64,000 nucleotides of DNA from Hypanus sabinus (Eukaryota): contig NC_082728.1 of NCBI RefSeq assembly GCF_030144855.1, forward strand, positions 33,170,001 to 33,234,000, in the 5' to 3' direction. Shown piece after piece: positions 52,591 through 64,000 of this stretch; position 1 is the stretch's first letter, and each line of letters starts with the position of its first letter. The position numbers and the translations under genes were made by a program. The notes under the pieces were generated by a model that was given only the letters and a program-made list of their open reading frames with translations, had not been told where the DNA came from and made no database searches.

Positions 52591-53109
52591 TTCCCTCTTC
52601 TGACAATAAAAATAAAGCAAATGACACTCAATTTTCACTTTGTTTGAATTACTCACTTGAACTGAATAGTATTTTTTATGAGGATCAAAGGGGAACTGAT
52701 GTATTTTAAAGTTGCTGTAACCAAATGTTAGGGTTTGATTTTAAAACCTTACATTGTTACAGCCAGCTCACATTCATTGGCATGGCTCACATAAGCGATA
52801 GTAAGACATTAGAAATGGTTAATGTATCTAAGTACTTTTAGGAGAAAAAGAAGAACAATGTATAAAATATGTGTAAAAATATCAAATCAGCAATGTCACT
52901 GGGCTATGTACATAAAAGAAATTAAAGTAGAAATACTTAGAAAATAAGCAGAAATTTTCAAAGTTAATTTAGATATTCTAATCCTTAAAAACATAGAAAA
53001 GATGACTGACCAAATTATAATCTATAATATTGCACGTGTTCACTGCATTTGACTCAAAAGACAAATCACAAAAAATTATAACATACACAGTTGATATGTT
53101 ATAATAATA

Positions 53110-53450
53110 GACAGGCGTCGATCCCAGGGGATCATGGGTTTGCACCTCTGGTGGGCTGTGTCCTCTCCAGGATGCAAGCCTGGGTGGGAAGATTTGAAGA
53201 ACCTGCTGTTGCCCATGCAATGGGATCCCCCTCTCCATGTCACTGATGTAACCCAAGGGAAGGGCAAGTGCCGATACAACTTGGCACCAGTGCCGTCGCA
53301 GAGGTTGCCAGAGTGAAGTTGCAAACATCATCAAACTGCCTAAGGGACCCGGGCTCCGGATTTCTTCCTCGGGTTTTACTCGCGAAGACTTTCCCATGAG
53401 TCAGTATGGCCACCAGACAGCGGAGGTTTAAAATCAGTTTTCCTTCTCCA
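53110..53450. repeat. Unclassified GC-richer interspersed repeat (possibly RTE-related)
   Basis: Compositionally distinct block in AT-rich context; family call is from recall only. Confidence 0.4.
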
Positions 53451-54599
53451 TTCATACGTTACAAATGGCAAATATGTGTAGTATTCTACTTACATAATGC
53501 TCCTTCTGCTTCTATTTTCGACTGAAGCTGACTACATATCACATTTCACTGTTTTAGTTCCTGAGAAGAACAGCTCAGCGGAAAAATGGCTTAATGGATT
53601 CATTCAACAGGAAGCAAACTTTTAAAGTGCAACTGAGCTTAAGAGCTTATTCTCTTTTCATTGCCTTATAGTAGTTTTGTACACAGACTTGCTTAGTATT
53701 TCAGGTGTAAAGCAGTGTCGCGCCTTGACACTCAAGACTGATCTCGCTGATGAGATTTAACAAAGCACTAATAATCAATATGTGAAGCCATTACCTTCAG
53801 ATAAAAGCAATGGTGAAGAGTCCAACAATGTGCCCGAGTTAAAACTGCGTTCTTATTTTACCCAAGAACTGAGATTATTAAAAGCACAATTCTTGCTTTC
53901 AAGTTATTACAGAGGAATGCCATAGTTCTTTGTGAAGGATGTTGAAGTTTCACAGTTGCACAACAGAACCTCAGACAGATCAGACATCATAACACAAACT
54001 GATGGTTCCTCGATATAAGTTCCAAGTTAGCAGGGCAGTCTTCAAACCTGAGTAACAAATTTTTAAGCTGTTAAAGAAGAACAAATAAATTTTGAAAATC
54101 ATGATGTGTGTGGCTAAAAATTAGTCAATGTTTGAAATCCAACCTACCATTTGATTTCCTGATTTTTCATTGGACTGTCGAACTAAAAAAAAGAAAATAA
54201 ACTATTGTTATTTATGTTACAGCAATTTGAAGTAAATTAATATTTCTTGATGTAAAAATAATCCAAATTATTTTCTTATTGTTCTTAAACTCCTAATCAT
54301 GCATACTAAGAGTAGTAACAATGACAGTAATAATGAATTCTTACATTTTCTGTAATATTCAGGTATTTCCAGCAGTAATGGGATGCAAAATTGATACAAT
54401 TTTGAGACTGGGAGCAGGCTACAAATAATATGTCACTCCTTCTCAGTTGGAAATTATGTTACCAATCGATCAGTCTAATTGTCTCCAGTAATAAATAATC
54501 CAGGTGAAATTAATTCAAATCCTAGCCTCACAATATGGGTAGTTGAGCGTAGTTTAATAAGTCTGCCTGCTGCCAGTAACTGTAAGCATAAAGATTTAT

Positions 54600-54900
54600 C
54601 TCTATCTACTCCCCATTCTGATCTTTCACTTTTTCTACCTGTCTGTTCTGGTTCCACTCCTTCTTCACTTTCTCCAATGGTCCATTTTCCCCTATCAGAT
54701 TCTTTCTTCTGCAGCCCACGACCTTTCCCACCCACCTGGCGTCACCTATCACTTTCCCGCCAGCCTCTTTCAACACCCCACCCACCAACATTTATTTTTT
54801 GGTGTCTTCCCCCACCTTCCTTCACAGTCCTAAGGAATGGTCTCAGCCTGAAATGTCAACTGTTTACTCTTTTCCACATATGCCGCCTAACTTACTGAGT
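54600..54900 (+). mobile_element. Degenerate Penelope 3' end (another at about 56500-56760)
   Basis: CT-rich block plus decayed hammerhead-like CAGTCCTAAGGAATGGTCTCAGCCTGAAATGTC. Confidence 0.65.
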
Positions 54901-54993
54901 TAACTATCCCATAATGTCACACATAAATTATGTTTTTAAAAGCTTTTCTTTTTTATAGAATGCTCTCTCCAGCACCATTTGCTTTACCCAATA

Positions 54994-55049
54994 CTACATC
55001 AATACTTGGTGCACTGTACATGATGGTAGTTTGGTAACAGAATCAGACC
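54994..55049 (-). CDS. Gene B cytoplasmic exon (GSDSVTKLPSCTVHQVLM*)
   Basis: Acceptor ttaccttctgcag, phase fits; an internal donor CAA|GTATTG to a later exon cannot be excluded. Confidence 0.6.
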
Positions 55050-58000
55050 CTGCAGAAGGTAAATCAGAGCATTCCAGGGTGACTCATCTGGTGAGTCTTT
55101 AGGTGAAAGTGTGAATATGGTGAAAAGATCTGCACATTCTGAGGCCAGGATTTGGATTAATTGATTATATAATTTATCATGGTTTATATTGGTACTTTAT
55201 CTACCTATCCCTGTAAAGATCCACTGCAGACAGGACTTCAAATCTGCTTGTGTTTGGAAGGCAAATGCACAAATACATACACAGCCCTGCTAACAATCTT
55301 GACCAGCCAGCTGTAGATCATAAAAATCATTAAAGTTTTCAGTCTTTCACAGATTATGAAATTATATTTTATATTAATCATTGGTTATCTGTGCATAATT
55401 TTACACGAGTGATTAATACTTTGAGTTACAAGAATTCAGAAGTTGGCTGAAATATTGTACCTGGTTGGCGCCTTTTCCAGAATTTCAAAAGACCCAGGAG
55501 GAATATTCCAGCTGCAAGACCTCCAACAACGACACCTACTGCTGTGAGGGTTTTTCTCTTTTTTTCTTCAGTTTGTTGATTAATTGATGGATTCACATTG
55601 GAAACTAAACAAAAACAGAAAAAGCCATAAATTCCATCATTGATCTTTAAAAGAACATTGATATCATTTCCCTATACACACCACAATTTTTAAAATCAGT
55701 TATGTTGATCTCCAAGCAAAACTGTGATTCCCAGAACCATCCCAGAACAAACACCCTCCAGAGCTAAATATAACCTCTATAGCATAACAAATGTAAGAAA
55801 GATTGGAACAACCCAAATATAACAACTTCCGTATCATTCAATGAGATTGTGGCTTTTATTTCAGCTGTATTTTCATACATGTTCCCCATATCTCTAAATA
55901 CCCAAACTTCTATTTATCTCAATCATGGAAATATTTGGTGACTCAACTTCTGCAGTCGCCATGGGTAGATTGACTAATTTCTGATGAATTCCTTCTTCTC
56001 ATCTGGGGCATGAAAGATCAACCCTGAATTTTGAAACTGATGCTGTGTCCAGACACTTCAACCAGGGAATATCAATAACATGTGAAGAACCGTGATAATT
56101 TTGTACCTTCCAATGAGATCAACACTGATTTTTGTTAAATTTAAGGGAGCTTAGGTCAAAACCCCTATTCTAGGAATTAACCTTGTTGCCCATTGCTCCA
56201 GTCTCTCTACTGCAAACCCATAGGCAAATAGTATTCCAAATGTTGACTCACCAGGGCCCTCAATAATTGGAGCAAAATAGCCCCATTCTTGAAGTCAAAT
56301 CATCATGCAATTAAAACCTAATAAATAATCTGGCTTCCTACTTATTGCATCATACGGAAATGAAATTTCAGTGATTTGTGTCAAATGCTGTGCACATTGC
56401 TCTAAACACCAACAGCTTTCAATTTATCATGAGTTAATGGTGGAGCAGGCCTGACAGGCCAGGTGACATCATCATGTTTCTATTTTTTATGTTCATATAT
56501 TCAATTTTTTCTTTCCCCCACCACTCCCAACTGCTCTCTGTACCTTCCCCCTTTGATTCCACATCTGCCTCTAAGTCAGCCTGACCTGAATTCACCTATC
56601 ACCTGCTAGCTCTTGTTCCAGCCCTTCTCTTCACCCAGTAATGTTTTATATCTCTCCTCTTTCAGTCCAGATGGAGGGGCTAAACCTGAGATATCAACCG
56701 GGCATTTTTCTTACAGGTTCTACTTGAACTATTAAGTTCTTCCAACTTTTTCTAGCTAAGACTGATCACTGCAGCTCCCCACTTGTCATGCCTCCCAGGC
56801 TGAAAATCTCCAGCATATTTGTAAGTTTTTGTCGATATCCCAACATTCAGACTAGGCCAGTATATTGCATCTTGTGACATATGCTAAAATTTGCTTTGTT
56901 ACACCCACTCAAAGTTCTTCTGGAAATCCAAATATACCAAGTTGGCAGCATTGAGAACCAGAAATATTGTAGCAATTAGTTAAACTATCACTTTCCTAAT
57001 CATGAAAAAGAAGATTATGAACATACTTGTGATACTGTTCCTGGCTTCATATTTATGCTCTGCCTCATTCCACACAGCACAAGTGCAGTTATGCTCCTGG
57101 TCAGTTTCTGACGTTATAATTGGAAGTGTGCTGGTAATAGAGATCAGTCCTTGAGCAGTTTCTTTTCTTTTGGTTTTTGAGTTAAGTGTGAGGTTTTTCC
57201 CATCGACGGTCCAATGAATCTGAGCGGAAGGATATCCAGTTGTTTCACAAGTGACCACCATGGTCGTTGCTGTCAAATTAACTAAGGCCAGTTTTGGCAA
57301 ACTGTAGGGGGCTAAAAAGAGAGCATTGTATTATTTGATAATATTGGCCAATCTTTCATTATTCCAAAATCTGCCACCCCTGCCATAGTATTCCAGTAAG
57401 GCCCCTGAAAATCAAAGCTCTTAACACTTAATCATGGCTGAACGCAACCCAATTGCTGTCGCAGCACAGGTAGTCAGCAGGTCTCACAGAATAGATACAG
57501 CAACCAGTGAGACCCTGAGCTCTGCCTCAGAGGCTTTCACTTTCATGAACATTCATCAAGGTATAAATATTATTGTATTGAAAAACTGAACTTCATACCT
57601 ATGCTAAACAACTAATTAAGGAAAATATAACCATCGCAGGAGACATTTTCCATTCCTTTGAATGGATTCTGCTATGTTTACACCAGCTTTAAGCTTCAAA
57701 GCCCTGGGTACAGATTCCTTGAGGACACTTTTGGTGCAACACAGGGCAACCACTGCCTGTGGGGTATGCCACTACGATGGAGAGATATTGGTTAATTCTC
57801 AGCGTTAATGCCAAGGGAGCCTTGCCAGCATATGTTGATGTAACAACACCAAAAGTAGGTAATCTACTCAGTAGTACAGTCATCCACCATGAATGGATAC
57901 TTTCACCTGACCAGTTACCTGGTGAGTTTACTAATATAAGTGGAGAGGGTGGGATTGGCTTCAGTGAAAGTGATATGATTTGGGATATTCAGGATATTTA

Positions 58001-58725
58001 AAACCTGTTATATGAATGCAAAGATATTCTTTGTTTCTACAGATAAAATTCTTATACAGTATTTATTTACCTACTGTAACTTTCTATCATTTTTTTCATA
58101 AATGAAGTCTATTTTTGTAATAATAAAAGCAAAACAAAGGTGTTTTGGGGAAGTAAAACTGCATTTCACATCACTTAGAATTAACCAGTTTTTGAAATGA
58201 AAATAAAACAGGGAAAATACACTGTGACTCACCTTTAACCACTAAAACGATGTTAACTTGCTTATATCCCACATCTGTTTCCAAATAGTAAAGATATTTC
58301 CCATTATCTGAAAGTTGTGTTTTTTGGAGTACCAGCGATACATTTCGTAGATCCGGAGAAAGTAATTTAATTCGATTGGGAGCATTCATGGCATCATGAC
58401 GTCCATTAAACCGAAAAACAAGTCTATCATTTCCCTCATCTTTTCTCAATTCAATGGTTATGGATTTACTTGGCTTTGCCGTTGTCAGGTTGCATGGCAA
58501 TATCGTGTCCTCGTTCAATATTCCCGTCACCGTCTCCTCGCACTTCAAAGTCACGAACTCTGCAAAACAATACATCCCATCATCTTCCATTACTGTCGTC
58601 AGTGTTGAATGAACTAGTGACTGAAAAACGATTTACTACTTACCTTTTACAGAGTAAACGTTTGCACACAGCACCAAGTAAAAATATATCAGTAGGTTTA
58701 AATCCATTTCCAGTATTCCCTTCAT
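54994..58725 (-). CDS. B7-family IgSF gene B (PD-L1/B7-H3-like type I membrane protein, 297 aa as modelled)
   Basis: join minus: 58644-58725, 58233-58559, 57027-57311, 55461-55604, 54994-55049 = 894 nt, all GT-AG phase-1 introns, open frame; orthology within B7 family not assignable from sequence alone. Confidence 0.88.
55461..55604 (-). CDS. Gene B stalk/TM exon
   Basis: ttttgtttag|TT...CCAG|GTACAA; SNVNPSINQQTEEKKRKTLTAVGVVVGGLAAGIFLLGLLKFWKRRQP. Confidence 0.9.
57027..57311 (-). CDS. Gene B IgC exon
   Basis: ctctctttttag|CC CCC TAC; APYSLPKL..VTCETTGYPSAQIHW..ISITSTL..HNCTCAVWN; donor ACAA|GTATGT; 285 nt. Confidence 0.93.
58233..58559 (-). CDS. Gene B IgV exon (atypical Cys pattern)
   Basis: ttttgcag|AG...AAAG|GTGAGT; 327 nt; FVTLKCEETVTGILNEDTILPC...NVSLVLQKTQLSDNGKYLYYLE...IVLVVK. 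Confidence 0.93.
58644..58725 (-). CDS. Gene B signal-peptide exon (MKGILEMDLNLLIYFYLVLCANVYSVK)
   Basis: Consensus donor G|GTAAGT; 84-nt intron matches the 87-nt intron of gene A. Confidence 0.88.
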
Positions 58726-59121
58726 CTGCCTGCCGATTTAAACACAATATACAATAAATGTTTAAAGATCAGAAATCGGATGTTTGCCAGGAATTTCATA
58801 TAATGTAAAGTCCAAGTAGGTTACAAAAAGGTAAATTGCATCAACTACAATCGATTCCTCTATATGTTTGATCAATCAGAAAACCTCGTATAAGTAACCC
58901 ACTGGGTTTCTAGTTTGCTCTACGTTTAGCAGACTCTCCGCGACTGCGGACATTCGCTGCCTGGATCAAAGTGTTAATGCAAACACAGAAAACCAGTAGA
59001 GCTAAAGCAACAACCAAGTGTTGGAATCTACAGCGGGCAACCGGATTTGCCATTTCGATCCACTTGAGAAAGCTGCAAGAGTCTGCAATCACCTGTGGAG
59101 GGACCGCGGAGCCGAGCTTAC

Positions 59122-59200
59122 CAACGCGCCTCACGCTGTCCCCCCGACAGCCTGCGAAATTCGTATCGATTCGGCGGACTGGGGACTTCTGTTTCCTGGA
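59122..59200 (-). other. Putative non-coding first exon of gene B (5' boundary unknown)
   Basis: CpG-rich segment ending in donor TTG|GTAAGC at 59122/59121. Confidence 0.55.
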
Positions 59201-59227
59201 CTTTCAATTTTCTTGCTTTCTGTTTCA
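59201..59227 (-). promoter_or_regulatory. IRF-E/ISRE-like elements near gene B start
   Basis: TGAAACAGAAAG (59216-59227) fits GAAANNGAAA; second imperfect site 59201-59212. Confidence 0.5.
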
Positions 59228-59594
59228 ATCTGAATGGCGAGGACGGTGGTGGCGATACCGAGTTTCAATTCCAAAAATAACTACTGTACCGAAGATTTAT
59301 GCCTGACATGCAACTTTTTAAAGTTGTACGGCTGTTAAACTTGCAGGTAACCCGCGGCCTCTTCACCAGCAGCTCACTCGGAAAAGTGTCTTACGAAATG
59401 AAGGTCAATAGCATGCTGTGAAAATAGAAACTAATGCGGGAAATACCCGGGAATATAATTTCAGCAAACCCTATCCTTGTAAGAAGTATACTGTCCCCAG
59501 CTGGACTTTCTCTTTATTACACCGCTCCGGCATTTGTTCCAGGGACATTGTCTAAAGACCATCTTTCAGTTTTTATATTAATATTGTGGACTGA

Positions 59595-62500
59595 CATAAC
59601 CATATAACATATAACCATATAACAATCACAGCACGGAAACAGGCCATCTCGGCCCTCCTAGTCCGTGCCGAACTCTTAATCTCACCTAGTCCCACCTACC
59701 CGCACTCAGCCCATAACCCTCCACTCCTTTCCTGTCCATATACCTATCCAATTTTACCTTAAATGACACAACTGATCTGGCCTCTACTACATCTACAGGA
59801 AGCTCATTCCACACAGCTATCACTCTCTGAGTAAAGAAATACCCCCTCGTGTTTCCCTTAAACTTCAGCCCCCTAACTCTCAAATCATGTCCTCTCATTT
59901 GAATCTCCCCTACTCTCAATGGAAACAGCCTATTCACGTCAGCTCTAACTATCCCTCTCAAAATTTTAAATACCTCAATCAAATCCCCCCTCAACCTTCT
60001 ACGCTCCAATGAATAGAGACCTAACTTGTTCAACCTTTCTCTGTAACTTAAGTGCTGAAACCCAGGTAACATCCTAGTAAATCGTCTCTGCACTCTCTTT
60101 AATTTATTGATATCTTTCCTATAATTCGGTGACCAGAACTGTACACAATATTCCAAATTTGGTCTTACCAATGCCTTGTACAATTTTAACATTACATCCC
60201 AACCTGTACTCAATGCTTTGATTTATAAAGACCAGTGTTCCAAAAGCCTTCTTCACCACCCTATCTACATGAGACTCCACCTTCAGGGAACTATGCACTT
60301 ATTCCTAGATCACTCTGTTCCTCTGCATTCCTCAATGCCCTACCATTTACCCTGTATGTTCTATTTGGATTATTCCTGCCAAAATGTAGAACATACTTCT
60401 CAGCATTAAACTCCATCTGCCAACGTTCAGCCCATTCTTCTAACCGGCATAAATCTCCCTGCAAGCTTTGAAAACCCACCTCATTATCCACAACACCTCC
60501 TACCTTAGTATCATCAGCATACTTACTAATCCAATTTACCACCCCATCATCCAGATCATTTATGTATATTATAAACAACATTGGGCCCAAAACAGATCCC
60601 TGAGGCACCCCGCTAATCACCGGCCTCCACCCTGATAAACAATTATCCACCATTACTTTCTGGCATCTCCTATCTAGCCACTGTTGAATCCATTTTATTA
60701 CTCCAGCATTAATACCTAACGACTGAACCTTCTTAACTAACCTTTCATGTGGAACTTTGTCAAACGCTTTGCTGAAGTCCATATAGGCTACATCCACTGC
60801 CTTACCCTTGTCAACATGCCTCGTAACTTCTTCAAAAAATTCAATAAGGTTTGTCAAACATGACCTTGCACGCACAAATCCATGCTGGCTACTCCTAATC
60901 AGATCCTGTCTATCCAGATAATTATTAATACTATCTCTAAGAATACTTTCCATTATTTTACCCACCACTGATGTCAAACTGACAGGTCTATAATTGCTAG
61001 GCTTACTTCTAGAACCCTTTTTAAACAATGGAACCACATGAGCAATACGCCAATCCTCCAGCACAATCCCCATTTCTAATGACATCTTAAAGATCTCCGT
61101 CAGAGCTCCTGCTATTTCTACACAAACTTCCCTCAAGGTCCTGGGGAACTATCCTGTCAGGACCCGGAGATTTATCCACTTTTAAATTTCTTAAAAGTGC
61201 CAGTACTTCCACCTCTTTAATTGTCATAGGTTCCATAACCCTTACTTGTTTCTCACACCTTACACAATTCAATATCTTTCTCCTTAGTGAATACCGAAGA
61301 GAAGAAATTGTTCAAAATCTCACCCATCTCCCTCGGCTCCACACATAGCTGACCACTCTGATTCTCTAAGGGGCCAATTTTATCCCTCACTATCCTCTTG
61401 CTTTTAATATAACTGTAGAAACCTTTCGGATTTACTTTCACCTTATTTGCCAAACCAACCTTGTATCTTCTTTTAGCTTTTCTAATCTCTTTCTTAAGAT
61501 TCCTTTTACATTCTTTATATTCCTCAAGCAATTCCTTTACTCCATGCTGCCTATATCTATTGTAGACATCCCTCTTTTTCCGAACGAAATTTCTAATATC
61601 CCTTGAAAACCATGGTGCTTTCAAACCTTTAACCTTTCCTTTCAACCTAACAGGAACATAAAGATTCTGTACCCTCATAATTTCACCCTTAAATGACTTC
61701 CATTTCTCTATTACATCCTTCCCATAAAACAACTTGACCCAATCCACTCTCTCTAAATCCCTTCGCATCCCCTCAAAGTTAGCCTTTCTCCAATCAAAAA
61801 TCTCAACTCTAGGTCCTGTCCTGTCCTTCTCCATAATTATATTGAAGCTAATGCTATTGTGATCACTGGACCCGAAGTGCTCCCCAATACGTACATCTGT
61901 CAGCTGACCTATCGCATTCCCTAACAGGAGATCCAACACTGCCCCATCTCTAGTCGGTACTTCTATGTATTGTTGCAAAAAACTATCCTGCACACATTTC
62001 ACAAACTCTAAACCATCCAGCCCTTTTACAGAATGAGCTTCCCAGTCCACGTGTGGAAAATTAAAATCTCCCACAATCACCACCTTGTGTTTACTACAAA
62101 TATCTGCTATCTCCTTACACATTTGCTCTTCCAACTCACGCTCCCCATTAGGTGGCCTATAATACACTCCTATCAGTGTTACTGCACCTTTCCCATTCTT
62201 CAATTCCATCCAAATAGCCTCCCTAGAGGAGCTCTCTTATCTATCCTTCCAAAGCACCGCCATAAGATTTTCTCGGACAAGCAATGCAACACCTCCTCCT
62301 CTGGCCCCTCCTACTCTATCACACCTGAAGCAACTAAATCCAGGAATATTTAGTTGCCAATCACACCCTTCCTGCAACCATGTTTCACTAATAGCTACAA
62401 CATCATAATTCCAGGTATCAATCCATGCTTTAAGCTCATCCACCTTTCTTACAATGCTCCTAGCATTAAAATAGATACATTTAAGATACTCTCCACCTCC

Positions 62501-63900
62501 TCCTCTCTTTTCATCCCTAACAATGCATTCAAATTTATTATCCTTTTCTTTCTTCTCCCCTACACCTTTGGGCTGAGCGCATCCCTTCTCCATCACCTGC
62601 CTTTCCTCCCTCACACACTGTCTATTTACTTGCTCTACTGGTGAACTAACCTCCTCTCCCATAGTTTCCTCAAATTGATTCCCGTCCCCCCATCTTACTA
62701 GTTTAAAGTCTGCCCTGTAGCCCTAGCAAACCTCCCTGCTAGGATATTGGTCCCCCCAGGATTCAAGTGTAACCCATCCTTCTTGAACAGGTCACGCCTG
62801 CCCCAGAAGAGGTCCCAATGATCCAGAAACTTAAATCCCTGCCCCCTGCTCCAATCCCACAGCCACACATTCATCCTCCACCTAATTCCATTCCTACTCT
62901 CACTGTCGCGTGGCACAGGCAGTAATCCCGAGATTACTACCTTTGCGGTCCTTCTTCTTAACTGCCTTCCTAACTCCCTATACTCTTGTTTCAGGACCTC
63001 TTCCCCTTTCCTACCTATGTCATTGGTACCTACATGTACCACGACCTCTGGCTCCTCACCCTCCCACTTCAGGATATCTTGGGCGCGATCAGAAACGTCC
63101 CGAACCCTGGCACCAGGAAGGCAAATTACCATTTGGGACTCCCGATCACCTCCACCAAACTGCCTGTCTGAACCCCTGACTATCGAGTCCCCTATTACTA
63201 TGGTCCTCTTTCTTCTATCCCTAACCTTCTGAGCTCCAGGGCCATCCTCTGTGCCGGAGACCCGGCCACTGTCACTTCCACCAGGTAGGCTGTCCCCCCC
63301 CCCCCCAACAGTACTCAAACATGAGTACTTATTGACAAGGGGTAAAGCCACTGGGGTACTCTCTAGTACCTGCCTCTTCCCCTTCCTGACCGTGACCCAC
63401 CTATCTGCCTCCCGTGGCCCCGGAGTGACCACCTGCCTTTAGCTCCTCTCAATCACCTCCTCACTCTCCCTGACCAGGCGAAGGTCATCAAGCTGCAGCT
63501 CCAGTTCCCTAACTCGGTCCCTCAGGAGCTGCAGTTCAGTGCACCTGGCGCAGTTGTGGACGTCCGGGAGGCTTGGAGACTCCAGGATCTCCCACATCCG
63601 ACACCAAGAACAACAAGCTGCCCTCACACTCATACTTCCCAAATAACTGAAAATAACAAGAACTAAAAGATAAGCCTACTGTGCCCTCTTCCGCCTAAAG
63701 CCCTCTGAGCCCAAGCCCTACACTCTGTTCCCGGCTCACTCCGCTGCCTGCAAACGAAGCGGAGGCTGCGTCCTTTTTATATCTTTCCTCCTTCCCAGGC
63801 CTCCTTCACGCGCCTGCGCAGTCCCGCCTCTCAGAACTCCGATCTGAGATACAAATGGACAATTTGAAAATGGCCGCCACCGCACTTCCTCTCAAAGCCT
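59595..63900 (-). mobile_element. Near-full-length CR1 LINE (zinc finger-leucine zipper-SGNH esterase ORF1; APE-RT ORF2)
   Basis: ORF1 CSWCRMW..CARC, VIGDSIV, VHVGTND, DGLHLN; ORF2 YFNARS, YRPP, GDFN, GSSDHN, QHGF, DFSKAFD, QGSVLGP, YADD; (ATATGGTT)-like tail; a few stops and frameshifts; 5' edge approximate. Confidence 0.95.
63770..63890 (-). promoter_or_regulatory. Compact Pol II promoter-like motif cluster at the CR1 5' end
   Basis: Minus 5' to 3': ETS-like GGAAGTG, YY1-like GGCGGCCATTTT, GC box, NRF1-like TGCGCAGGCGCG, TATAAAAA. Confidence 0.5.
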
Positions 63901-64000
63901 CGCTGCCCTCTTCCAAATATCGCAAATATTTACATTCATAATGAGCACAAAATAATCATTTCCACATTCTGAGCGTTGGTTTGGATTGCACCGATGATCT

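Noticed and set aside
53700-54100. Further 3' exon(s) of gene B (acceptor near 54050, donor near 53784)
   Set aside because: Plausible signals, but no phase or homology evidence to choose among them without RNA data
24490-56700. Other hammerhead-like motifs (about 24490, 51548, 54825, 56660)
   Set aside because: Core nucleotides mutated (e.g. GAAA to AAAA or GGAA, CTGATGA altered), so presumed inactive
58910-59134. ORF MANPVARCRFQHLVVALALLVFC... as gene B leader
   Set aside because: Only weak phase-1 donors, and it spans the putative exon-1 donor; the 58644-58725 exon has a consensus donor and matches gene A. A minor alternative leader is not excluded
1-64000. Prokaryotic systems (operons, CRISPR-Cas, phage defence)
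   Set aside because: Spliced Ig genes and vertebrate TE families; no prokaryotic gene organisation

Overview
Eukaryotic (vertebrate) genomic DNA. The repeat content (CR1/HER1-type LINE tails, Penelope ends, Rex1, Gmr1-like LTR elements) suggests a cartilaginous fish; this is an inference. Most of the window is nested, decayed transposons. Two paralogous minus-strand B7-family (PD-L1/B7-H3-like) Ig-superfamily genes sit at either end. Gene B (about 54994-59122) reconstructs by hand as an intact 297-aa leader-IgV-IgC-TM-cytoplasmic protein. Gene A (about 3950-5541) has intact leader and IgV exons, but its IgC exon has a dead splice acceptor and a 1-nt frameshift, and its putative TM exon has an early stop just upstream of an LTR. 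Both IgV domains lack the canonical F-strand Cys and C-strand Trp and share an extra A-strand Cys 16 residues before the B-strand Cys. Other points: an intact minimal hammerhead ribozyme in a Penelope end, Gmr1-type Gypsy elements (integrase before RT, SCAN-like capsid), a five-layer TE nest, two unrelated 57-bp minisatellites, a local duplication of about 1.3-1.5 kb, and a near-full-length CR1 with esterase ORF1 just upstream of gene B. No rRNA, tRNA or CRISPR was found. Splice models and TE boundaries were read by eye; many TE edges are approximate.
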